This document shows, piece by piece, positions 22,761 through 35,700 of a DNA stretch of 64,000 nt (position 1 is the stretch's first letter; every line of letters starts with the position of its first letter). Source of the stretch: Sminthopsis crassicaudata (lineage: Eukaryota); assembly GCF_048593235.1 (NCBI RefSeq), contig NC_133620.1:458271261-458335260 (forward strand), written 5' to 3'. The notes under the pieces are model-generated. The model was not told the DNA's origin. It did no database searches and saw nothing but the letters and a program-made list of their open reading frames with translations. The translations under genes and the position numbers were made by a program.

Positions 22761-25700
22761 CCTGTTTGGTCCCAAGACTCTGAACTGGAGGCCCCTTAGA
22801 GGCCGGCAGTCCCTGGGGAGCAGGGAGGCTGTTGGAGCCCTTCATGAAGGTAGGTGTGCTTTCAGAGGCCCAGGATGCCCACTGGCACTTTGTGAACTAG
22901 CCTCTCCTGGGGAATCTGGCATAATGTAGCAGGGCTGGGCACTGGATGCAGGAGAGAGCCACTGTTAAAACTCTCTCCTTGCTTAGAGAATTGTCCAAAC
23001 TGACAATCTCCCATCCATAACATCTGCCATTAACCCAATCTTGAATTCATCTTGAACAAGGTAAGGTTAGGACAAGATGGGGAACATTCTGTGCTGCAAA
23101 CAAAAACCACTTAATCCAATCTCAAAAGCACTCAGTTCTTCCTTTGGCTATTTCCTTAGAGACTGGTTTTTTAAATTCAGTGAACATTTAGGTGTTTACT
23201 GGATGTGTGCCACTGTGCTAAAGTGCTGGGGTTATAAGAAAAAAGGAAGCTCGGACGAGGACATGGGGGCACAGGATGCCAGGGGTTGCTAAAGGTGGGG
23301 GCATCTGTTACAAAGGTAGGGCCAGGAAGAACTGCAGCTCATGACTCACCCCTTCAAGGAATAGGGGAAACTGTTCTCAGACTTTAGGACATGGGTCTAA
23401 ATTTGGTTGCCACCTTTAACCCATTTTCTCTGCACCTGTCATTTTAACCTTTGCTTGACTTGTTTAGGGAAGAGTCTGGAAAGGCCTTTTGAGAAATTAG
23501 TATTTCAGTGGAACAAAAAGGGTTTCTAACATGCTTTCCACATGAGTGAGAGGGCCCAATCTTTAAGGACAGCCACCCAATTGTAATGTGTGATATTATT
23601 CCATGGCCTTGATTGATTGGAAAAGCTTTTTTCTGAGAAACAAGTCGATGTTGATGGACTCTGGACTTGCTGTCCCAAATTAGGCCCCTCATGCAGATTA
23701 TATCTCATGAAGAACTCAGAGAAAGCAGGGAAACACTGGCTGGGCTGACTGTTTATACAGGCTTATGTGTTGTGTCCTCGTGGAGGTGCATGTGGTCAGG
23801 GAACAGACTTCATTTTTAAGGACCCTGTCCTGGAAGGCAGCTCCCTGCTCTCCCGACAGGCCCTAGAGGAGGGCCAGAGGTGTCGTGGGAGGAAAAACTT
23901 CCTGAAGATAAGAGCTAGCCAAAGGTAGAGTGGGTGACCTAGGAGGCGCTCTGCCTGGGCACAGATGGGGTGGTTTGCAGAAGGGTCACATTGCGGCCCT
24001 GAGTTAGCCTCCAGAATCCCACTTGGAAGGCTGCACCATACCAACCAGCGGTAAGAACCTGGGCATCTGGTGATAACCCACATCTACTCAACTTGGCCGC
24101 TTGCCCGGACGTCAGCTCGAGGAGCCATTCCCACAAACGGCTGAGTGAGGAAGCGAGGCAGCACTGGGAACAAGTGACTTGGATTTGAATCCAGCACTGT
24201 CCCTGGGTGTGTAATGCTGGGTGAAATAGGGGGACGTTGAGATGAACAAAATTAACTTATGGCAAATTCTGAAGGAGCCAAGAGACATGCAGATAAATAC
24301 ATTCTCCTTGTATAGGGGAAGTCAGGATGTGGGCTCAGATCCTTTAGTGACGCACATTTTTGCTAAATGTCATTTTCTCCCATGGAGTGAAGGGCTTGGG
24401 TCAGATGGCCCGAAGAACATGGGGTGCTTCCAACTTTTAAGTGTAAGCACCCACTTGTAAGGGCTTAACTGGAGCTTTCCTTCCATCGGTTCTTTTGCCC
24501 TTTATGGGTGTAGGAGTTCAGGTGTTGTCTTGTCTTCCTCTCTTGGTACGGGAGCAAAGGCAAGGAGAGATTTACTTCTTCATCTTCTTAGCCTTGCACA
24601 CAATAAAAAGTGCTTGCTAACCGACAACCTACTTAGGGTCCTGAATTTACACAAACTAGAATACATGTTAAAGACTAATAATGTTCCTGACTTCATCTGG
24701 GGTTTCCTTGGGAAAGATAGTTCTCGGCCACTTCCCTCTGAGGCAAAGGGTGAAATGACTTGTCCAGCATCACACAGCAGGATCTGAGGATCTGAATGCA
24801 GGTCCTCCTGACTCCAGGCCCAAACTCTATTGTGCCACTTAGCTGCCCCCAGTCACTATAATAGCTTCCAGTTGTAGAACAATTTCAGGGTTATAAGTAT
24901 TTCTCCTCACCCAGAGGGAGGTGATTATCATGATTATGTGTTACATATGCTATCATGTGCATTACATGTTGTCACGCATGTGTATGTGTGAAATATCCCC
25001 ATTTTGTATATCAGGAAAGAGGCAAACCAAAGTTAAGCGACTTCTCAGGACCACACTGTTCGTAAATGAGAACTTGAACTTGGGCCTTGATGATACTCTT
25101 AACATGCTTCTGTTTGCCTAAACAGTCTGGTATAGCAATTCTGGGTTCCACTCTCTCCTTTGTAACACAAATTCTCTAAGGATTTAAGTCAAATCATTAA
25201 CTTGTTCAGCCATTCCCCATTCGACGGGCATCCATTCCTTTTCCAGTTCCCTGCTACCACAGAAAGAGCGGCCACAAACATTTTAGACGTGTGGGTCCTT
25301 TTCCCTCCTTTGTGATTTCCTTGGGAAACAGACCCAGTGATCAAGCCATTCACTTTCCCTCAACCTCAGTTGCCTCATCTGTACCGGGAATTGGAGGGTC
25401 TGGATGCTCCGTGATGATCCGCATCCCCTTTGTGCCTAGAACCCAAGCTCTAAGCTCCAAATGGAAGGCAACCCAGGAGGTAAATCAATGGCTGAACAAG
25501 TTAATGTGCTCCCCCATCTGCAGGAAGCCGGGATGGGGCCCCCGAAGAACTTCTCCCCAAAGAGAATTCCTGAAACTGCTGTTCCTGATGGGGAGGAGGT
25601 CAGCACCCCGAGACCTTGGTGAAGCAAGAGGTCATTTCTGCTTTGTCTTGGGGAGCATCTTTGGGCCCCAAGCAAGTTAAAGCTCCTTAAATAGCTCAAG

Positions 25701-25975
25701 TACAAAGCTCAGATGTGGGGAGGGGGGGGTTCAGAGGGCAGGGCCTACACCATGGTGGCTCAGGGACTCTGTAGGCTGGTAGAGCCCAAGATTGCATTTG
25801 TGCAGACAGGAAGGAACAAGCTGGGTGGGGAGTCTGGGAGAGCGCAAAGTTAGGAGGGTTTTGGGACACTGCTGTCTAGGGAGCAACAGAAATTCTCCGA
25901 TATTTAGGAGTCTCTGGCAGATGTTTAACAACTGACTCAAAAAACCCCAAAGAAAACAAAACAAAAAAACACACT

Positions 25976-26120
25976 TTTTTCCCTTGCTGAGGTAATTGGG
26001 GTAAGTGACTTGCTCAGGGTCACACAAACAGGAAGTGTTCAGTGTCTGAGACCAGATTTGAACTCGGGTCCTCCTGAATTCAAGGCTGGCGCTCTATCCA
26101 CTGCGCCACTCAGCTGCCTC
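25976..26120 (-). mobile_element. WSINE1-type SINE
   Basis: Reverse head ...ctctatccactgcgccactcagctgcc; flanked by TSD-like aacacactttt. Confidence 0.88.
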
Positions 26121-29100
26121 CACAACACACTTTTAAATTTAATTTGAATTAACTTCTCACTTTGTCTATGCAATAAAAAATATAATAAATGAAGCCCCAA
26201 TTTGTAGTATCTGCTGATTTCTGAGGTAAGCTTACTGACCCGCTGTCCTGAGGCGGTTCCGGTCCACTCTAAGACAGTTGTCCTTTCTGTTCCTTCTGCT
26301 GGGAGGTCCCCAGGGTCCCTGCAGCGAGGGGCTGGCCATGACCTAGTAAGGATCATCCCCAAGTACAGGGTTCCCTCAAGTGGAACTGGGGAGGGGGAGG
26401 AGAGGAGTCACAGAGGAGGCTCCAATCCCCAGGCTCCTGGGGCTGGGGGCGGGGGCAGGCCGGTGCCATCACCTCAAGGGAGGGGTTTGGGACCCAGATG
26501 TGGGTTTGGGGGGGCGGTTCTCCGGATGCCAAGGACTCCTCCAAGAATCTCTATTTCTGATTGCAGACGCGCTCTTAGTAGCAAAGGGTCACAGATTAGA
26601 ACCTGAAGAGGGCGGGATCCTTTCATGTCACACAGAGAGATGGTGACTTGTGGGAAGACTGGAATCCAGCTGCCCCCTGGGTAACAGGCCCTGGGCTATG
26701 GGCACAAAGCCTCTGAGGTCACCTTGCTTGGCCAGGCAGGGCCCCCTGGGTTCTCCCCGCCAGGGGGCGCCCCTGGGGGTTCCCCTCTCCCCAGCTTTTC
26801 CCTTCCCCCATCCTTGCCTGCAGCTTCCAAAGGCCCTCAAACCAAGCTGGAGGGCTCTGTCTCAAGAAGGGCCTGGCTGGTCCTCCGGGGCACCCAGACA
26901 GCCCTCGGGCCGGAGCCTGTGACCCGAGACCAGAAAATCCCCAGGAGGGGCTGTTTGCTTCCCTTTGTGGAGGGGAGAGGAGTTACAAGCCCAGTCAGGG
27001 GTCAGAGGTCCCGCCCCGCCCCCACCCTGTCCTCCCTGCCCTAGCCTAGGATTACATTCAGTGCTTCATAAATGCTCCTGGCCTTTCCTCCAAGCCCCTT
27101 GGTATTAAGGAGTCAGAGGACGGCCATCTTGTTGAGACCCAGAGGCAAAGACCAGAAAGGCCTAGTTCACGTGCAAGTGTGGGCAATGCTCTTTATTCCT
27201 GCTTGAGTGGCACCGGGCACGGGCATGCTGACAACCAGCAGGTACAAGGTCCCTGGCCAGGCTCAGGGGGCGCCATGTGGCAGTCAGACCAAGGCCTTGT
27301 CCCTTGCGCTTCTGACCAGGCCGCCCCACACTGAGGAATGGCCTGTCTCCCCCAGACCAGGCCATCATCCTCTCTTGCTCAGGGTTGATATGCCAGCCGC
27401 CCATTCGTGTAACTTCTCGGGGACAGCCAAGTCCTGACCAGGGGCCTAAGGAGAACCACGGGCAGCCTGGCTCTCCCTCCAGCACAGCCATAATTTCTGG
27501 GGACCCCCATTGTGGCCAGGTTTCCCCCCAGCCTCTTGGCAGGTCTGTCCAGCCCAGATGGTGGAGCATCTTCTTGGGGAGCAGCACTTAAAGCACTTTA
27601 TGAGAAACGAGACCAGCTGGGGGGGGGGGGGAAGGAAGCAGGGCCCTTCTCTCCTCCTCCCCAGATGATTTTACATGTCTTTTATGGAAAGATCACAAAA
27701 GTATCAAATATTGCTGGGGAGTGGCTATAACCACTGAAGGGCCTTTGCCTACAAGGATGGCATTTTCTTCCAAACCAGTAGATGGCACAAGGGTGAGAGC
27801 TCAGATACCGGGGACTGAGGGAACAAACCTTTAGATACCTGCTGTGTGCCAGGGATTGTGCTCAATTCAAGCTTTATAATGTCTTTATCAAGCTCTTCCC
27901 AACAGCTTTGGGAAGGCAGCGCTGCAATCATGTCCATTGTGTCGTGGAGGAACTCAAAGGGAATCAAGGCTGAACTTGGGCCTTCTGACCCAGCTCTGCC
28001 ATCTACTTGTGAGCCCCAAGTATAGATCACCTGCATGATCGGACCCAAGCCAGGGTTGGGGCTGCCTCAACCTACCCTCCCATGCTCAGTGCCTTGAAGA
28101 ACGATGCAGGCCGCATGCTCCCTGCTGAGATCTCTAAGGCCACTGAGGCTGCCCCCCCCCCACGTCGAGTGCAGAGTCCTCCCTCGGTCTCCTGACTTGT
28201 AGGCATAACAGGGGGTTGTGTGACTAAAAGCTATTTATTGGGCAGCTCCTGTGACCTGTGGCCACCTGTTAGGATGAGGATAAAAGGCTTTCCCATTTCA
28301 AACCCAGTCTGTGCCAGCCTCTAAACCTCTCAGAGATCCCATATACACCCTTGTGAAGGATCAATGAACTGCTGGCATCCCTGCGCTCAAACCTGTCCCC
28401 CCCCACGTATGCTCCCAGAGGGTAGGGCAAAGATCCCGTTCGAGCTGGTACCAGTCACAGGACCTGCGTTAGGTACTTTTCTCTTATCTAGCCCAGCAAA
28501 GACCTGCCTATGACAGATGAGCCATTAAAGCAAAGTAGTAAAAATGAATGAGACAATTCTGACCCCCCAAGGCAGAAATGGCAGATGAGAGGCTGAGTTG
28601 CTGCCCCCCCCACCGTCCCCTGCTGCTGCTGCCTTGACTAGTCTGGCTCTTCCTGATCTCCCCCCCACCCCAAATCCTATCTTCTACCCACACATGGTGT
28701 TCTGCATAGACTTAAGGCAGCCATGGGGACTCGGAGGATAGAACTTTGCCTAGCTAGACAAGCAATATATTAGCTGGTTTTATGCTGTTTCTGTTTTATT
28801 CTTGGTTTCAAAGAATGGATGTCTGAGAAAAGGTGGAATATAGTCAGAAATCAAAGTGATATAAAAACAAAGTATCAAGAATTAAAAAAAATATCAGTTA
28901 ATACATTTCATACACACTCAGGAATGAGCTCTACTATTTTACATCCAACAATTAAAAGGGCACAGCCCCGCTCCCAAGAACCCCAAGCCCAACCCACCAC
29001 AGGACGGACAAATACACTTTTGTAAGACCACATACTAAGGCAATTGGATTTTTGTCAGAATAACCTAAATAGAAAGGTTTAAGTTAAAAGCTGATAAGGA

Positions 29101-29768
29101 ATAGGTTAAAGTCAATGTGTATATAAGTTATGAGAAAGACTATAATTTGACTAATACACAGCATTACTTTTCTAAGTGCATACTAAATATCCATCAACTC
29201 TTGCTCAACACAGGAAAATCTTGGAGAGAAGATACAAACTAACAATCTACTTGCAACAAAAGCTTTTATGCTTTAGGGCTTGCACTAGAACAGAAAAGTG
29301 GTGGCAGAAGGTAGAATTCATCTAAATTTTGAGAAACCTTTCATGCCCCCTTTGTGTCTAGATTTAGACAGAACGAAGCCACGGGAGGGGTCAGACGCTG
29401 TAAAAGCTAACACTACTCTATGGAACACAACAAAGAAACAAGCAGGGTCTACACCAGCTACTACATTTGACACGAAGCCAGGCAGGACAATAATCGATTG
29501 GGTAAAAAGGACCGCAGCTTTAATCATAGGCCTCAGTGCAATTAAAAAAAAAAAATAAATACTGTAATCCATTTTAGAATCTTACATTTGAATAGGGGCC
29601 AATAATTTCAGTTTTAGGGACAAGGTTTACTGCAACAGTAAGAAAAACAATTATTCTTTGGGAAATCCTTTGGCAGCTGGGAAGAACAACCACCACTAGC
29701 CACACGTTGCGGTTCTTTCTGTAGGACCTTGTGATTCCACTGCTTACAGTGGAAACCTGAGATTCCGC

Positions 29769-32700
29769 TCAACCTTTCAGAGAAGACATCCCAGCGCGCA
29801 TGATCTCATCAACCAGGAGGATATTGGTGGCAATCACAGTGCTGGAAGGAGATTGGAGGCATTAAGAATCAGGAAAATCAATTTTCATTTCTTGGAACCC
29901 AGAATTTCTTAAATTTGCCTAAGGATACAATTGTCTGATCCCATTTCTGCTGTCCTAGTAACTTTATTTTAAATTTGATCAAGACATCTTCTTACAAACA
30001 TGCCATTTGGAGAAGAATTACATAGAAAATAACAGATGTTTCCTTTAAATATAAAAAAAAACACAAAAAAAAAAAAAAAAAACAAAAAAAAAACAAAACC
30101 ACAAAAACCTACCCTCACCCACCCCTCATTCATGGACTCGATTATTCATTCAGATCTTCCCCACTTACCAAGAGTGAAGCAACTGCTTCTTGACACAATA
30201 GTTATCCCAGATGCCGGCTTCAGCAGCAACAATGGGCTCACCTGCAAAGGAAACACACTGATTGCCTTAACTAGGCTGCTGCCTTCCCTGGTGACAAGGA
30301 ATACTTCCTGCGTAATACCAGCTACCTTTTGGGTCTCAAAACTATTTACTCATGTACTTAAAGCTCATTCTTAAGCTGGAGGTTGTTTAACTTGTTTTGT
30401 CAAATATTTTTGACAAGGAAATTTCATTATGATTGATTTCCTTTGTAATCCTCTTTTATGCATTTTAAAATACTGTTTGAAAAAAAAACTTTACCAAAAT
30501 CTATCTTCACTGCTATTAAATTACTCAACAATGTACATTTTGAAATTAAGGGTAAAATAAACTGTCGAATATTCATTGTTTGAAGAAATAAACTGTCTAA
30601 TATTCATTGTTTGAAGGACTTCTTGGTACCCATGAGCATCACCTGAGTGACACTGAGAAGCCAATGAAAAGACGCTCCTACTTAGGCTCAATTTTCTTAC
30701 CTGTCTTTAAGTCAACACCAACAAGTTGTCCTGATTCTGCATGTTCAGCCTGTATCTTAACTAGTGTTTCCTGAAGGTCAAAACCAGAGTTCTGAGCAAG
30801 AACCTTCAAAAACAAAATAAAGACATTTAATCTTCCTAAACACTAAAGGCAAATGAGAGTGAGAAAGTGAGTTCTTATTACATTTGTCAAGCAAAGTGGA
30901 ATATGTATGAGAATGTACACCTCAAGGTAGTAAAGATCTCCAGGTAGTTAGGGGGCATACTAGATAAAAGGTTGGACCTGGAAGCAGATCTGAATTCAAA
31001 TCCCACCTCAGACACTTACTCAGCATGTCTGTTTGCTTCCTTATGGGTGAAATGGGGATAATAAGAGTATTTACCTCCCAAGGTTGTGGTGAGGATAAAA
31101 TATTTCATAAAGTGCTATGCAAACCCGAAAGCACTATATGTAAAGGGCAGTTATTATTTCAGGTCATTTAACAGAACATTCTCCCTTACAGGTGAGGAAA
31201 ACAATACCGAGAGCCAGCCTTAAAGCCAGGAAGCTCTTGATTCTGATACTCATAAATCAATTGTTAATTCACACAGGGAGAAAATCCTCCCTGAAAACTA
31301 CCCAGCTCAATGGGATCACAAGTTCAAGCAAAAAATAAAACCAAACCCCTTTCTGCCTCCCGCTAATAGGCTTAGAACAGGGCTGTAGCAAAGCCGCCTG
31401 AGATGGAGGCCTCCAATCTGAACCTGGTTGAGGGTGGGGGTGGGGGCTGCACTGAGGATTCCTAGGTGTGACAAGAGTGGTTTCTTATGGGCCACACTGT
31501 GAACTGGGCAAGCAATAATTGACTCAAAGAAGTATTTTAATTTTCATCAAACCTTCTCTGGATGACTTGTCTGATACAGAGTTTGCCCTGAGAAAAAAAA
31601 CACATGGTAGGAGCTCCTTAGGATACCCAGTCAGCCTGGTGGACCTTGGTTACCACTTTACAGACAAACCACATTAGACTCAAACTAGGCTCAAACACAA
31701 CAGGTTTCTAAAGATTAATGATATAAACAAACCATCAGTGGAACTCCCACACACCTTGGGAATAATGAGCAGTGCGTCAGCAAAAGCTTGGACTCCAAGA
31801 CGGGCTCTTCCCTTAACATTGGGCTTATGTTTAATGAGAGCTTCAGCGATGGCAACTTCCACTGCACCAGCCCCAGGTACCACACAGCCTGGCAAGGGGA
31901 CAAAGACACAAGAGGATGTGTCACCATGGAGGGTGGAATAAAGGACAGAGAGGTACAAACAAGCCACGTGTCCGCTATAGTATGCACTGTTGTTCTGGAG
32001 GAACCTCAGGACAGCCTCACAGACTGTAGGGACCCATGCTCTGAGCCCCTGGAAGAAATGGGGCCGCCATGTCTGCTGTCAGACCATTGGCTTCAAGCGC
32101 TATGATCTTGGGTCGTTTTTCCATTTCTCACGCTATTGTCCAAATCAGGGCAAGCACCTGTGATCCCCTTCCGTAATGGCATGCCAATGACAACCCTTGG
32201 CATCCTTTCAAGACGTTTCAGAGGAGAACTTGCTTTTGCATGGTGTCTGGCTGTGTTGACTACTGACAAAGAGAACACAGTATTCGTCCATGCACTTGAA
32301 GGGTAAAAGGATTAAACAAGTTTACCATATACCATCCATTCATCAGCCCAGTTCTGGAAACAAAGAGATGCCCATTGGTTTGAAGATGGCAAACCAAATG
32401 TGGCGTGAATGTCAAAGGGAGGAATCCAACCATGGGGAGGCATGAGAAACACTTGTGAACTGATGCTGAGTGGAGTCGGCAGAACCAGAAAAGCACGATG
32501 ACAATGGAACAACCCAAGACAGAAATGCAATCTGTGGCCATGTTCCCAAAGGAACAACATGACAGCACATCCCCCAGCCCCCAGCCTTTGTGGATCCACT
32601 GCTCTTATGGAATTGTCTTTCTCCCCCCTGAGGGAGTGAAGATCTAATGGGAAATCAGAGCGACAAAAAGCTGCCCATGGCGAAGCTCACCATCTTCGAT

Positions 32701-35700
32701 GGCATTCTTGACTGCTCGCAGGCCGTCTCTCACTGCATCCTTGATCTGGGTGATCGTGTGCTTATTGGGTCCCTTGATCAACAAGGTGACAGATCGAGGG
32801 TTGACACACTTCTCGATGAAGGTGAACTTCTCTTCTCCCTACAACATTCAGCATGTCAGAAAACAGCAGAAAGGCAGCACCAGAGCTCTTGTTTTCAGAG
32901 GAAGCTGAGACAAATGCTTGAATGACGCTTAGTCTGGCACTCGGATCAGACAACTCTTGTGTCTGGTCATGAAAACACAGAGGCTGCATATTAGGTTATC
33001 TGCTCTCACCAGTGTTGTCTTTTCAGAATGTATTTAAAACAGCAATTAAAGTTCGAGTCAGGGTTATTATGCAGTAGGCAGCTGTCATCCAGAACAAACT
33101 GAATTTAACTTGGTGTCAGCTGCCATTTAGAAGAAAGATCTATTCTAGTGCTATTTGCAAAAAAATCCAAGAGGCCACAATTCTTAAAGATGTGGCAGCT
33201 GCACTTTGCCTGAAGGACCCCAAATAGGGTGATATGAGAAAAAATACTACACACAATGGAAGGCCAACGGCTTAGCCTCCTCTTCTCACCATGAAGCCTC
33301 TATTACTTCTGAAGTTATTCCATGGCCACATTCCTAGTCTGTCATATGCTAGGTCTAACATGCACCTGTATTTTCATAAAAAGCATTTTTAGTTCAAGGG
33401 ATACCTTTTATCTTCAATGATCAAATGTTTATTCTATTTTTTTTTAAAAGACAGTATAACAGATGGTGTCCAACCTCAAATTTAATGTTAGATTTGACCA
33501 GTCTCTACAGATTAGGGACCAGAAAGTCACTGAAATATACATGAAATGACTGATCCCAATATTTCCTCACCAAAATCAATGTAATCACAGGTCTGCACAA
33601 GAGAAAGTTTTGTGAAATTTCAGATGCAAAAATGAAACTTGAAATAATCAAGAATGAAAAAATATTACTTACTCAAAGAGATACTTACTAGTGTGTATTC
33701 ATAGACAAGTCCTGCATGTCCCAAACAGTCAGGATTTAAGTCATCTAGAGAATTCATAGCCATTCCACCACATGCAAGAGTCAACCTGAAATAAGGAAAA
33801 TTTACTTTATAAATTCCGTGGCAAGAATTAATTTACTCCCCTCCATACCCAATTCATTAGCATAATTAATTTGGGGGAAGTTTTCGTTTGTATTAGGACT
33901 GTAATTTTTAATGTTCAGAATGCTTCCAATTCCCCCTTGCAGGAGTTGTATAGATAAGAATTGTAAAAACACTTCCCACAGTGCAGTAAGGGTATTATAA
34001 TCATTTACATAGAGGAATCAGCATCCTTTTAGTCCGTTCACTCTCAGGTTCAATAGACTCAATTATGCCCTCTTGCCAAGAATTTTGTCTTTAGGCTCAA
34101 AATGCCCAGGGCTGTACAGACAAAAAAATTTGGAAAAGCTGTAGATAAAAAAATCATTTATTTTTTGTAAAATTTGCATTACGCAAATGTAATTTGGCAG
34201 GCATGCAGTCACGGATGGTTCATTCCATCCAAGCCCTGAAGCTGCACCAGGTGCAAGGATTCAGAAAGCCTCAGGAGGGGAGGGGAAGGGCTACAGAATG
34301 GGTTGTGTAAAATCCCAATCATACATAGTAAAAGTAAATTCAGATCACTCAGCCAATCCGCCCAAACTTACCTCTCCATATTTCTTCTTTTTGCTCTGCG
34401 GAGAGCTACTATGCCTTCTTTTGCAAGAGCATGTAAAGAAAATGGGTCAATTCCCTGCAATGATTAAAAAAAAATCTTAAAATGGGTTGGACTATGTAGA
34501 TAACTGACATCCACAGCATTCAAGTTTTGTTCTCACCTTTTGATTAATAACAACAAATCCTTTGTCTGAATCACCACACACTTTTCTTTTCAGTTCTACT
34601 ATTTTCTTTACTCTATCTTCAATGAATTTCCTTTCTGCTTTTACTAGTTTCTCTCTTTCCTCCGCACTTTTGTAAAAAAATCCAGAATTCACTTCTCTAA
34701 AAAACATAAGAATTAAAATTATTAAAAAAAAAAGAAAAAAAAAAAAAAATCAAGAAAACGAAATTCATACATTCGTTTCTGAAAATTCAAATTCCATAGG
34801 ACCACAGATTCAGGGTTGCCAGATAGCTTACGTTTTTTCATATTCTAATGATACATTGCACGTAAGAATGTAAGCATCTTCTAGTCTTTTCTTCATATCA
34901 GGATGGCGGGCACCATGGTCCAGAACCAGCCCTCTGATCAACCTATTAAAATAAGCATTTCCTTGTATAAGTATCTTATACTCTATCAAGCAATAAAATA
35001 GAAGAAAGTATATCCAAGTGACAAAATTTTAAATTTGAGCTGATCCCACGTACTAAAAGTAACTGGGTTTTTCTTGCAATTGGGGTTAAGTGATTTATCC
35101 AGGATCATATAGCTATGAAGTGTTAAGTGTCTGAGGTCAAATTTGAACTCAGGTCTTCCTGACTTCAGGGCTGGGGCTTTACCCACCGCACCACTTAGCT
35201 AACTGTCCCTGCAGCTAGATTTTAACAAGACCCCCCTAAGGGAGAGGAACGAACATTATGATTGCGCCTCCCCCACAGATGCCATTCTTCTTTTGATCTA
35301 CCAATGGACTGGGTTTTATGACAGGTTCTCCCCACAATAACTTTGGCAAAGGCTTGCTCCTTTATACCATTACCCCAATGAACAAGATGAGGTGAGATCT
35401 CTCAAGACAGTTGTGAAAATCGAGTAAGGCTTCATCTACTTCAGAGTTTTGGGTAGGCCTGAAGGACTTTGAAGATTGAGTCAAGGGCATACTTAAGTCC
35501 CTTTCATGCTATCCTCCCATGACATCATTTTCTCCCTATTTCAGTCAAATATGGACAACTATGTACTTATTGATCAAGTTCAATTTCTTGGGTAGATTTC
35601 AAGTTTAGAATGTAAGATCCTCAGCCAATGAGGATGAAGGTCAGTGGTGGGAGGGGGTATTTGCCTTAGGGATAAAAAGTGTTAACCCTGCCCCAGAAGA

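Noticed and set aside
23790-23910. Short matches to PHKG1 exon 3 (tgtggtcagg, tggaaggcagct)
   Set aside because: The spacing between matches is inconsistent with the exon; likely chance in G-rich sequence.
27162-27587. Minus ORF containing EVTRMG, resembling SUMF2 RVTTRMG
   Set aside because: The rest of the ORF does not match, and the human motif spans an exon junction as I recall, so a genomic remnant should be interrupted.
30555-30618. 31-bp direct duplication in CCT6A intron 12
   Set aside because: An ordinary slippage duplication with no C/D or H/ACA boxes.
33026-33363. Hairpins in CCT6A intron 9 (GGCAGCTG/CAGCTGCC at 33077-33124 followed by ATAATA; CCTAG/CTAGG at 33320-33363) as a third snoRNA
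   Set aside because: Neither has both a convincing second hairpin and correctly spaced H and ACA boxes. An Infernal scan would settle it.
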